DNA of 64,000 nucleotides from Escherichia coli (GTDB taxonomy: Bacteria > Pseudomonadota > Gammaproteobacteria > Enterobacterales > Enterobacteriaceae), in the NCBI RefSeq assembly GCF_046105845.1, contig NZ_CP151004.1; one strand, written 5' to 3'. Below are positions 10,659-19,800 of this stretch, piece by piece. Numbering within the stretch: position 1 is the first letter of the stretch; the number at the start of each line of letters is the position of its first letter. The translations under genes were made by a program, and so were the position numbers. The notes beneath the pieces are model-generated. The model was not told where the DNA came from. It worked only from the letters and a program-made list of their open reading frames with translations, and ran no database searches.

Positions 10659-12248
10659 ATGAACAATAACGATCTGGTCGCGAAGCTGTGGAAGCTGTGC
10701 GACAACCTGCGCGATGGCGGCGTTTCCTATCAAAACTACGTCAATGAACTCGCCTCGCTGCTGTTTTTGAAAATGTGTAAAGAGACCGGACAGGAAGCGG
10801 AGTACCTGCCGGTAGGCTACCGCTGGGATGATCTGAAATCCCGTATCGGTCAGGAGCAGTTGCAGTTCTACCGTAACCTGCTGGTACATCTGGGCGCCGA
10901 CAATCAAAAGCTGGTGCAGGCGGTGTTCCAGAACGTCAACACCACCATTACCCAGCCGAAACAGTTGACCGAGCTGGTCAGCAATATGGATTCACTGGAC
11001 TGGTACAACGGTGCGCACGGTAAGTCGCGCGATGACTTCGGCGATATGTACGAAGGGCTGCTGCAGAAGAACGCCAACGAAACCAAGTCTGGCGCGGGCC
11101 AGTACTTCACCCCGCGTCCGCTGATTAAAACCATTATTCATCTGCTGAAACCGCAGCCGCGTGAAGTGGTGCAGGATCCGGCAGCAGGTACGGCGGGCTT
11201 TTTGATTGAAGCCGACCGCTACGTTAAGTCGCAAACCAATGATCTGGACGACCTTGATGGCGACACGCAGGATTTCCAGATCCACCGCGCCTTTATCGGC
11301 CTCGAACTGGTGCCCGGCACCCGTCGTCTGGCGCTGATGAACTGCCTGCTACACGATATTGAAGGCAACCTCGACCACGGCGGCGCAATCCGTCTGGGCA
11401 ACACCCTGGGTAGCGACGGTGAAAATCTGCCGAAGGCGCATATTGTCGCCACTAACCCGCCGTTTGGCAGCGCCGCAGGCACCAACATTACCCGCACCTT
11501 TGTCCACCCGACCAGCAACAAACAGTTGTGCTTTATGCAGCATATTATCGAAACGCTGCATCCCGGCGGTCGTGCGGCGGTAGTGGTGCCAGATAACGTG
11601 CTGTTTGAAGGCGGCAAAGGCACCGACATCCGTCGTGACCTGATGGATAAGTGTCATCTGCATACCATCCTGCGTCTGCCGACCGGTATTTTTTACGCTC
11701 AGGGCGTGAAAACTAACGTGCTGTTCTTTACCAAAGGGACGGTGGCGAACCCGCATCAGGATAAGAACTGCACCGATGATGTGTGGGTGTACGACCTGCG
11801 TACCAATATGCCGAGCTTCGGCAAGCGCACGCCGTTTACCGACGAGCATTTGCAGCCGTTTGAGCGCGTGTATGGCGAAGATCCCCACGGTTTAAGCCCG
11901 CGCACTGAAGGTGAATGGAGTTTTAACGCCGAAGAGACGGAAGTTGCCGACAGCGAAGAGAACAAAAACACCGATCAGCATCTGGCTACCAGCCGCTGGC
12001 GCAAGTTCAGCCGCGAGTGGATCCGCACCGCGAAATCCGATTCGCTGGATATCTCCTGGCTGAAAGATAAAGACAGTATTGATGCCGACAACCTGCCGGA
12101 GCCGGATGTATTAGCGGCAGAAGCGATGGGTGAACTGGTGCAGGCGCTGGGCGAACTGGATGCGCTGATGCGTGAACTGGGGGCGAGCGATGAGGCCGAT
12201 TTGCAGCGTCAGTTGCTGGAAGAAGCATTTGGTGGGGTGAAGGAATGA
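10659..12248 (+). CDS. hsdM: Type I restriction-modification N6-adenine DNA methyltransferase subunit HsdM (529 aa)
   Basis: MNNNDLVAKLWKLCDNLRDGGVSYQNYVNELASLLFLKM...; contains the NPPF catalytic motif (ATNPPFGSA) and an AdoMet-binding region. Confidence 0.95.
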   Translation: MNNNDLVAKLWKLCDNLRDGGVSYQNYVNELASLLFLKMCKETGQEAEYLPVGYRWDDLKSRIGQEQLQFYRNLLVHLGADNQKLVQAVFQNVNTTITQPKQLTELVSNMDSLDWYNGAHGKSRDDFGDMYEGLLQKNANETKSGAGQYFTPRPLIKTIIHLLKPQPREVVQDPAAGTAGFLIEADRYVKSQTNDLDDLDGDTQDFQIHRAFIGLELVPGTRRLALMNCLLHDIEGNLDHGGAIRLGNTLGSDGENLPKAHIVATNPPFGSAAGTNITRTFVHPTSNKQLCFMQHIIETLHPGGRAAVVVPDNVLFEGGKGTDIRRDLMDKCHLHTILRLPTGIFYAQGVKTNVLFFTKGTVANPHQDKNCTDDVWVYDLRTNMPSFGKRTPFTDEHLQPFERVYGEDPHGLSPRTEGEWSFNAEETEVADSEENKNTDQHLATSRWRKFSREWIRTAKSDSLDISWLKDKDSIDADNLPEPDVLAAEAMGELVQALGELDALMRELGASDEADLQRQLLEEAFGGVKE

Positions 12249-13615
12249 GTGCGGAGAAATTGCCGGAGGGGTGGGTTGAGTGTGAATTATCCGAACTCGG
12301 TAACATTGTTACAGGGAAAACTCCCAGTACCAAGGAGCCTTCCAATTTTGGAGGCAGCATTCCTTTCATTAAACCAGGCGATCTTGATCTCGGTGGCTAT
12401 ATCATGAATACCGCCGATACTCTGACGGAGAAAGGGTTATCTCTTGTCCCCACTCTTCCTGCCAATTCAGTCGTTGTGACGTGTATTGGAAATTTAGGAA
12501 AAGTTGGAATTACCGCTAAAAAATCAGCATCTAATCAACAAATAAATGCATTGATCCCGTCAGAAAAGCTAAATGTAAAATTTGTTTATTACCAAATTTT
12601 AACATTAAAACCATGGTTAGAGTCTCAATCAGCAGCTACTACAATTGCGATTGTGAACAAGAGCAAATTTTCTCAGGCACCATTTAAATTCCCGTCGCTT
12701 GCCGAACAAAAAATCATCACTGAAAAACTCGATACGCTGCTGGCGCAGGTAGACAGCACCAAAGCACGTCTTGAGCAAATCCCACAAATCCTGAATCGTT
12801 TTCGTCAGGCTATTCTAGCTAATGCTGTGGAAGGAAAATTGACCGACGAATGGCGAGCCGGAAAATGTTATATTACAGAAATCAAAAAAATATCTGATAT
12901 TATTCAGAATGCTCAAGTCGGATTAGTTCGTTCAGCTTCAGATCAAAGCGAAATATGCACTCAAAAAATGAGAACGCCTTATATAAAAATGAATAACATT
13001 CACAATGTTCTCGGAACAAATTTAGAAAAACTCGCTTATGTCAACTGTGATAGCTATGAACTGGAAAAATATAGATTAAAAAATGGAGATTGGCTCTTTA
13101 ATACACGAAATAGTTATGAGTTAGTTGGTAAATCCTGTGTCTGGAATGGATGTAGCAATGCTGTATATAATAATAATATATTAAGAGTTAGACTAAAAGA
13201 AAACTACAATTCTGTTTTTTTAGATTATTGGTTTCACTCGTTCTATGGAGTGAGCATGCTTAATAGTATTAAATCCGCAACAACAAATGTTGCTGCGATA
13301 TATCAGAAAGAACTCTTAAGTAAAAGTGTTCCATTCCCCCCCCTTCCCGAACAAGCCGAGATTGTTCGCCGCGTCGAACAACTCTTCGCCTACGCCGACA
13401 CCATAGAAAAACAGGTCAACAACGCCTTAGCCCGCGTTAACAACCTGACGCAATCCATCCTGGCAAAAGCGTTCCGTGGTGAACTCACCGCCCAGTGGCG
13501 GGCCGAAAACCCGGATTTAATCAGCGGAGAAAACAGCGCCGCCGCGTTGCTGGAAAAAATCAAAGCTGAACGCGCAGCCAGCGGGGGTAAAAAAGCCTCG
13601 CGTAAAAAATCCTGA
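12245..13615 (+). CDS. hsdS: Type I restriction-modification specificity subunit HsdS (456 aa) with divergent AT-rich target-recognition domains
   Basis: ATGA start/stop overlap with hsdM. The conserved central (LAEQKIITEKLDTLLAQVDSTKARLEQIPQIL) and C-terminal (LPEQAEIVRRVEQLFAYADTIEKQVNNALARVNNLTQSILAKAFRGELTAQWR) regions frame two variable segments of visibly lower GC content. Confidence 0.9.
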   Translation: MSAEKLPEGWVECELSELGNIVTGKTPSTKEPSNFGGSIPFIKPGDLDLGGYIMNTADTLTEKGLSLVPTLPANSVVVTCIGNLGKVGITAKKSASNQQINALIPSEKLNVKFVYYQILTLKPWLESQSAATTIAIVNKSKFSQAPFKFPSLAEQKIITEKLDTLLAQVDSTKARLEQIPQILNRFRQAILANAVEGKLTDEWRAGKCYITEIKKISDIIQNAQVGLVRSASDQSEICTQKMRTPYIKMNNIHNVLGTNLEKLAYVNCDSYELEKYRLKNGDWLFNTRNSYELVGKSCVWNGCSNAVYNNNILRVRLKENYNSVFLDYWFHSFYGVSMLNSIKSATTNVAAIYQKELLSKSVPFPPLPEQAEIVRRVEQLFAYADTIEKQVNNALARVNNLTQSILAKAFRGELTAQWRAENPDLISGENSAAALLEKIKAERAASGGKKASRKKS

Positions 13616-13627
13616 TCATTATTTTCT

Positions 13628-13655
13628 GGCGCACCTTTCCGGTGCGCTTTTTATT
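13628..13655 (+). terminator. Rho-independent terminator after hsdS
   Basis: Hairpin GGCGCACC-TTTCC-GGTGCGC followed by TTTTTATT. Confidence 0.6.
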
Positions 13656-13749
13656 ATTTTACGCCAATCATAACTCACGCAAATATATTTAAATCATTCC
13701 AGAAATTGCCTATTTTATTCTATTTTTAGCTGGACTTTCCCTGTATTTA

Positions 13750-13765
13750 CTGATGATATATCCAG
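13750..13765 (+). promoter_or_regulatory. Putative LexA box (SOS operator) in the symE promoter
   Basis: CTGATGATATATCCAG against the consensus CTGT-N8-ACAG (2 mismatches), about 90 bp upstream of the symE start. symE is a known SOS-induced gene. Confidence 0.4.
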
Positions 13766-13771
13766 GTATTT

Positions 13772-13848
13772 AGCGCGGTGCGGATGTGCGCCAACACACC
13801 CGCACCGCTCATCACAATCACTATTCCAGGAGAATAGCAGTTATGACT
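13772..13848 (-). ncRNA. symR: Probable SymR antisense sRNA overlapping the symE 5' UTR, RBS and start codon (coordinates approximate)
   Basis: Placed from established knowledge of the symE/SymR arrangement (a ~77-nt cis-antisense RNA covering the symE translation initiation region). The inverted repeat GCGGTGCGG...CCGCACCGC at 13776..13809 lies within it. Exact ends are not determinable from sequence alone. Confidence 0.35.
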
Positions 13849-14184
13849 GACACGCATTTTATTGCACAACCGTTCGAAGCAGAAGTCTCCCCGGCAAATA
13901 ACCGTCAATTAACCGTGAGTTATGCGAGCCGCTACCCGGATTACAGCCGTATTCCCGCCATCACCCTGAAAGGTCAGTGGCTGGAAGCCGCCGGTTTTGC
14001 CACCGGCACGGCGGTAGATGTCAAAGTGATGGAAGGCTGTATTGTCCTCACCGCCCAACCCCCCGCCGCTGAAGAGAGCGAACTGATGCAGTCGCTGCGC
14101 CAGGTGTGCAAACTGTCGGCGCGTAAACAAAAGCAGGTGCAGGCGTTTATTGGAGTGATTGCCGGTAAACAGAAAGTCGCGTAA
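13843..14184 (+). CDS. symE: SOS-induced toxin-like protein SymE (113 aa; AbrB/SpoVT-fold endoribonuclease-like)
   Basis: [52 protein letters not shown]..., with AGGAG RBS upstream of the ATG at 13843. The ORF track start at 13786 is an upstream in-frame extension. Confidence 0.85.
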   Translation: MTDTHFIAQPFEAEVSPANNRQLTVSYASRYPDYSRIPAITLKGQWLEAAGFATGTAVDVKVMEGCIVLTAQPPAAEESELMQSLRQVCKLSARKQKQVQAFIGVIAGKQKVA

Positions 14185-14345
14185 CAGCGTTTACTCCCGG
14201 TTAACCACCGGGAGCCTTCCACTGACTCAATAGAAACTTTCCCCCTCAGTAAATATTTACCTGCCTGATTGTGCAGTAAAAATCTATTGTTTCAGTACGT
14301 TGCGAAAGCGATAATAGAGGCTTAGCAATGAGGAAGGCACATCTT

Positions 14346-15725
14346 ATGGAATCAATTCAAGCCTGGATTGAAAAATTTATTGAGCAAGCACAGCAACAAA
14401 GTTCGCAATCCACTAAAGATTATCCAACGTCTTACCGTAACCTGCGAGTAAAAGTGAGTTTCGGTTATGGCAATTTTACATCTATTCCCTGGTTTGCATT
14501 TCTTGGAGAAGGTCAGGAAGTTTCTAACGGTATATATCCCGTTATTCTCTATTATAAAGATTTTGATGAGTTGGTTTTGGCTTATGGTATAAGTGACACG
14601 AATAAACCACATGCACAATGGCACTTTTCTTCTGACATACCTAAAACAATCGCAGAGTATTTCCAGGCAACTTCAGGTGTATATCCTAAAAAATACGGAC
14701 AGTCCTATTACGCCTGTTCCCAAAAAGTCTCACAGGGTCTTGATTATACCCGGCTTGCCTCCATGCTGGACAACATAATCAACGACTATAAATTAATATT
14801 TAATTCTGGCAAGAGTGTTATTCCACCTATGTCAAAAACTGAATCATACTGTCTGGAAGATGCGTTAAATGATTTGTTTATCCCTGAAACCACAATAGAG
14901 ACGATACTCAAACGATTAACCATCAAAAAAAATATTATCCTCCAGGGGCCGCCCGGCGTTGGAAAAACCTTTGTTGCACGCCGTCTGGCTTACTTGCTGA
15001 CAGGAGAAAAGGCTCCGCAACGCGTCAATATGGTTCAGTTCCATCAATCTTATAGCTATGAGGATTTTATACAGGGCTATCGTCCGAATGGTGTCGGCTT
15101 CCGACGTAAAGACGGTATATTTTACAATTTTTGTCAGCAAGCTAAAGAGCAGCCAGAGAAAAAGTATGTTTTTATTATAGATGAAATTAATCGTGCCAAT
15201 CTCAGTAAAGTATTTGGCGAAGTGATGATGTTAATGGAACATGATAAACGAGGTGAAAACTGGTCTGTTCCCTTAACCTACTCCGAAAACGATGAAGAAC
15301 GATTCTATGTCCCGGAGAATGTTTATATTATCGGTTTAATGAATACTGCCGATCGCTCTCTGGCCGTTGTTGATTATGCCCTGCGCAGACGATTTTCTTT
15401 CATAGATATTGAGCCAGGTTTTGATACACCACAGTTCCGGAATTTTTTACTGAATAAAAAAGCAGAACCTTCATTTGTTGAGTCTTTATGCCAAAAAATG
15501 AACGAGTTAAACCAGGAAATCAGCAAAGAGGCCACTATCCTTGGGAAAGGATTCCGCATTGGGCATAGTTACTTCTGCTGTGGGTTGGAAGATGGCACCT
15601 CTCCGGATACGCAATGGCTTAATGAAATTGTGATGACGGATATCGCCCCTTTACTCGAAGAATATTTCTTTGATGACCCCTATAAACAACAGAAATGGAC
15701 CAACAAATTATTAGGGGACTCATAG
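14346..15725 (+). CDS. mcrB: 5-methylcytosine-specific restriction enzyme McrB (GTPase / AAA+ DNA-binding subunit), 459 aa
   Basis: MESIQAWIEKFIEQAQQQSSQSTKDYPTSYRNLRVK..., with GPPGVGKT Walker A and a DEIN Walker B-like motif. AT-rich composition. Confidence 0.93.
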   Translation: MESIQAWIEKFIEQAQQQSSQSTKDYPTSYRNLRVKVSFGYGNFTSIPWFAFLGEGQEVSNGIYPVILYYKDFDELVLAYGISDTNKPHAQWHFSSDIPKTIAEYFQATSGVYPKKYGQSYYACSQKVSQGLDYTRLASMLDNIINDYKLIFNSGKSVIPPMSKTESYCLEDALNDLFIPETTIETILKRLTIKKNIILQGPPGVGKTFVARRLAYLLTGEKAPQRVNMVQFHQSYSYEDFIQGYRPNGVGFRRKDGIFYNFCQQAKEQPEKKYVFIIDEINRANLSKVFGEVMMLMEHDKRGENWSVPLTYSENDEERFYVPENVYIIGLMNTADRSLAVVDYALRRRFSFIDIEPGFDTPQFRNFLLNKKAEPSFVESLCQKMNELNQEISKEATILGKGFRIGHSYFCCGLEDGTSPDTQWLNEIVMTDIAPLLEEYFFDDPYKQQKWTNKLLGDS

Positions 15726-16771
15726 TGGAACAGCCCGTGATACCTGTCCGTAATATCTATTACATGCTTACCTATGCATGGGGTTATTTACAGGACATTA
15801 AGCAGGCCGACCTTGAAGCCATACCCGGTAACAATCTTCTTGATATCCTGGGGTATGTATTAAATAAAGGGGTTTTACAGCTTTCACGCCGAGGGCTTGA
15901 GCTTGATTACAATCCTAATACCGAGATCATTCCTGGCATCAAAGGGCGAATAGAGTTTGCTAAAACAATACGCGGCTTCCATCTTAATCATGGGAAAACC
16001 GTCAGTACTTTTGATATGCTTAATGAAGACACGCTGGCTAACCGAATTATAAAAAGCACATTAGCCATATTAATTAAGCATGAAAAGTTAAATTCAACTA
16101 TCAGAGATGAAGCTCGTTCACTTTATAGAAAATTACCGGGCATTAGCACTCTTCATTTAACTCCGCAGCATTTCAGCTATCTGAACGGCGGAAAAAATAC
16201 GCGTTATTATAAATTCGTTATCAGTGTCTGCAAATTCATCGTCAATAATTCTATTCCAGGTCAAAACAAAGGACACTACCGTTTCTATGATTTTGAAAGA
16301 AACGAAAAAGAGATGTCATTACTTTATCAAAATTTTCTTTTTGAATTTTGCCGTCGTGAATTACCATCTGTAAATACAACTCGCCCACATTTAAAATGGG
16401 ATGCATCAAGCATATCGGATCAATCACTTAGCTTGTTACCTCGAATGGAAACTGACATCACCATTAACTCATCAGGGAAAATACTTATCGTTGATGCCAA
16501 ATACTATAAAAGCATTTTTTCACGACGAATGGGTACAGAAAAGTTTCATTCTCAAAATCTATATCAACTGATGAGTTACTTATGGTCGTTAAAGCCTGAA
16601 AATGGCGAAAAAACAGGGGGGTTATTAATATACCCACACGTAGACACCTCAGTGAAACATCGTTATAAAATTAATGGCTTCGATATTGGCTTGTGTACCG
16701 TCAATTTAGGTCAGGAATGGCCGTGTATACATCAAGAATTACTCGACATTTTCGGTGAATATCTCAAATAA
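15725..16771 (+). CDS. mcrC: 5-methylcytosine-specific restriction enzyme McrC (nuclease subunit), 348 aa, GTG start overlapping the mcrB stop by 1 nt
   Basis: Reading from the GTG at 15725 gives (M)EQPVIPVRNIYYMLTYAWGYLQDIKQ...; a PD-(D/E)XK-type region (ILIVDAKYYK) lies near the C-terminus. The ORF track start (15695) is an upstream in-frame extension. Confidence 0.9.
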   Translation: MEQPVIPVRNIYYMLTYAWGYLQDIKQADLEAIPGNNLLDILGYVLNKGVLQLSRRGLELDYNPNTEIIPGIKGRIEFAKTIRGFHLNHGKTVSTFDMLNEDTLANRIIKSTLAILIKHEKLNSTIRDEARSLYRKLPGISTLHLTPQHFSYLNGGKNTRYYKFVISVCKFIVNNSIPGQNKGHYRFYDFERNEKEMSLLYQNFLFEFCRRELPSVNTTRPHLKWDASSISDQSLSLLPRMETDITINSSGKILIVDAKYYKSIFSRRMGTEKFHSQNLYQLMSYLWSLKPENGEKTGGLLIYPHVDTSVKHRYKINGFDIGLCTVNLGQEWPCIHQELLDIFGEYLK

Positions 16772-16793
16772 GCGGTAAGTTTTATAGAAAATA

Positions 16794-16820
16794 CCGCTCC
16801 CGACACCACATCGGGAGCGG
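16794..16820. terminator. Stem-loop between the convergent mcrC and large helicase genes (likely bidirectional terminator)
   Basis: CCGCTCCCGA-CACCACA-TCGGGAGCGG hairpin located between the mcrC stop (16771) and the helicase stop (16828). Confidence 0.5.
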
Positions 16821-16827
16821 CTCATCA

Positions 16828-19800
16828 TCAGGAGGCGATCACCTCCACCAGCACATCCGTTGCCCAACTCTCTTCGCTGTTGGCGACATTCCCTTCCTTG
16901 CAGGCCTGAGCCATTTTGACTAACTGGAAAGAAACGTCATCGCGGAAATCAAAGTAATGCCATTGCGATGCAAAGTTGATGCGCCAGTAGCCCATCCCCT
17001 GATCGAAGCGGATCTTCAATACCTGACCATCATCAAAAGTCACCGTCAGTTTACGATGGTGAGGGATATCGCGCGGCGAGTCGAACACCGTCAGTTCTAC
17101 CGGCCTGCCCAGCGCAGCAGCAAACCACTGATCAGCGAAATCCTGAAAATCCGCTATGCTCATCCAGTCATGGAAAGGCCGGTTACCGGGGCGATCTTTA
17201 TCTTTAAATAGCGTATCCAGCGTCACTTCAGCGCCATCGGTCAGCTTTGTTTTTAGCGGTCTCAAAATTGATCCCAACAACGCCAGCGCAACCGGGTTTT
17301 GCAGATAGCGATCGGTATAGTGAACGCCGGTAATTCGCGTGTTATTCATCAGTGACTGCGCTTCTTCATGGTCGTTAAACAGCACGTCCCAGAAGCGTTG
17401 CCCAAACTGCGACAGTGGTCCATTCAACTGTTTGTGGATCTGAATGTCTTTGACCCGCTCGACAGCGTTGGCGGCTTTAGCCGGCAGAATAAATTCGTTC
17501 AGCTCTACCGTTTTATAGCCGAGACTACGTACCACCAGTTCGTCATTCAGGTGCCACTCCGGCCCCGGAATCGTTGCCTGCTGGCTACGAGAGGCCAGCG
17601 TCATCACGCGATCGGCAAAGGTGACCTGAGCAACGATCGGTAATTTCAAATCCTGTTCAACATGGCATAGCCGCACACCCAGCGCAGTAAATTGCGATAG
17701 TTCGTGCAACAGGTCCGGGTCATCCACTCCCGCAGGAATAACAAGATCGACCTCGACGTTGTCTTTTAGCCGATAGTTCTGAACCGCCGCGCGGAACTGA
17801 CGTGCGTATAAATCCCACTCATTGGGCGCGCCGGTCATCCACAGGGTGAGCTTTTCAGCGCCTTCGTTAATCGCCCGGCGAATCGTATCGCCAATGGCGC
17901 CAGGGCAGTAGCGGGCATCCGGCAGCGAGAATGTCTCTTCATCCGGTAAACCGATGTAATACGTGAAGTCATCGCCAAGCCAGGCCAGCGCCGCTTTGCG
18001 ATCCAGCAAATCGTGATCGTGGCGAGTCTGGGAATCAAGCAGGCATTCACTACATGCAGTCTCACAATGGCGGCAGCCTAACTGTTTCACCATTCCCTGC
18101 AATATAGCTTCAATGTGTACCGGTGCGCTGGAGGCAAAACCTGCACCACCGCTGATCACATCATAAAGCTGTACGGCTAATACCGATTGCCCATCCTCCA
18201 GTCTGACCGGACGTACAGAATAGCCGAGTTCTGCGGCGGAGATACCCAGAACGCCCGCCAGCGCCTGACGCAGAGCAACCGCCAGAGTCATGGCAACAAT
18301 CCGCCCCTCCTCTGTGTTATCTGGCAGATACTCGCCGTTTTGCGGTTTGCGCAGAACCATTTCAAAGACATCGGTGCGCGCCAGTGCGCCCAGGGTGACG
18401 TTCTTCATGAGTGCCGTCGAACCGGGGCAAATCAGACGATGATTCTGGCTATCGCGGTCCGCTTTACCCGGACGCGGTGGATAGTGAGCTTCCATGCTTT
18501 TCGGCGCATCATTTTCATTCAGCATCGACTCAGCACGGCCACAGCTCAGACACAATGCATAACCGTGTCCACCTTCCCCCAAACTTTGCTGGAAAACATG
18601 CCCATCAGCCCCAGAAGCCATATAACCCATTAGCGGGTTAGGCAACGGTACGGGCTCTGCTTTAACAAAGACCCACGCGGGGACAACCGGGACGAATTTC
18701 ATGGTTTCAATATTGTTCGTTACCGGAGCGTGTGCATCGGTGACAAACCCGGCAGGCTGCAGCACCTGACGGCGATTATCCATGATTATTTTTTCGCCGC
18801 AGGCGCTATTGGAGCAAAAGAGCATCCCGGAACTGCTCATCCCCTCTTCATAGCCAATGGTCCCGCATTTGTGACAGCGCCAGGCGCAATCCAGACGCTG
18901 GGCTTCATTGGTATCAGCATTAATGTTGTGCCAGTGCAGTGAGACACCGGCAGAGCGGAAGACACGGCCATCAAGAATGATCTCTGCTCCCGGTGCATAT
19001 TCACGAATGGCAACACCGAGGTTACGGGAAGGTAATCCTTTATAACGGGAGACGTTATCTTCACGGTCCTTTTTATCACGACTTTTTTGCGATTTTTCGC
19101 GGATATAATCTTCCATTGTGAAGTTATCAAACGTCACTACATCTGTCGGGAAACCGTATCCCGGCAAGAAGGTTCTGGCAGCTAGATCGCGCAGCAGATA
19201 CTCGCCACAGTGCCGTTTCTTCTCCAGCTCTATGCGCTTACGATAAGGCGTTTGCGGCTGCGACTCACGCTCCTGTGTCACGAGATCGCGATAAACGGAG
19301 AGCCACCGCTGCTGCAGGAAGGTGATCGCGTTGATTGTTTTATCCCGCAGATATTCGGCTCTTGCACCATGCAACGCCGTACCTTTCACCAGCCGTTCCA
19401 GCGCCGTGTCGATATCAAGAACAGGGCGTTCCAGCCAGACTTTGAAGCGTTCGCATTTTGACTGCCCGTCATCTTCACCGAAAAACCAGAGGCTATCGAG
19501 GCTGGTTTTCTCTTTATCGGTTTCGCCAATAACGTTACATAAAAAGTCGGACAGTAATAATGCATTGACGTGACGTTGCACCAGTCGGGCGGAGTTCATC
19601 GCGACCATGGGTGCCGGGATCATGGTTTCAAATGGCCAGAGCGGGTTGGCAAAAACCTGCTGGTCGTGTGGGTTACCTTTACATAGGGTGTAAGAGATCG
19701 CACGTGATTCTTTACTACGCCCGGCTCGCCCGGCGCGCTGTAAATAGTTGGCCGGATGTGGCGGTACGTTGTTCATTACCACCGCAGTAATGCCCCCGAT

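Noticed and set aside
15695-15724. Upstream in-frame extension of mcrC (ORF track start at 15695)
   Set aside because: Would overlap the mcrB 3' end by 30 nt; the GTG at 15725 reproduces the canonical 348-aa McrC and the stop/start coupling.
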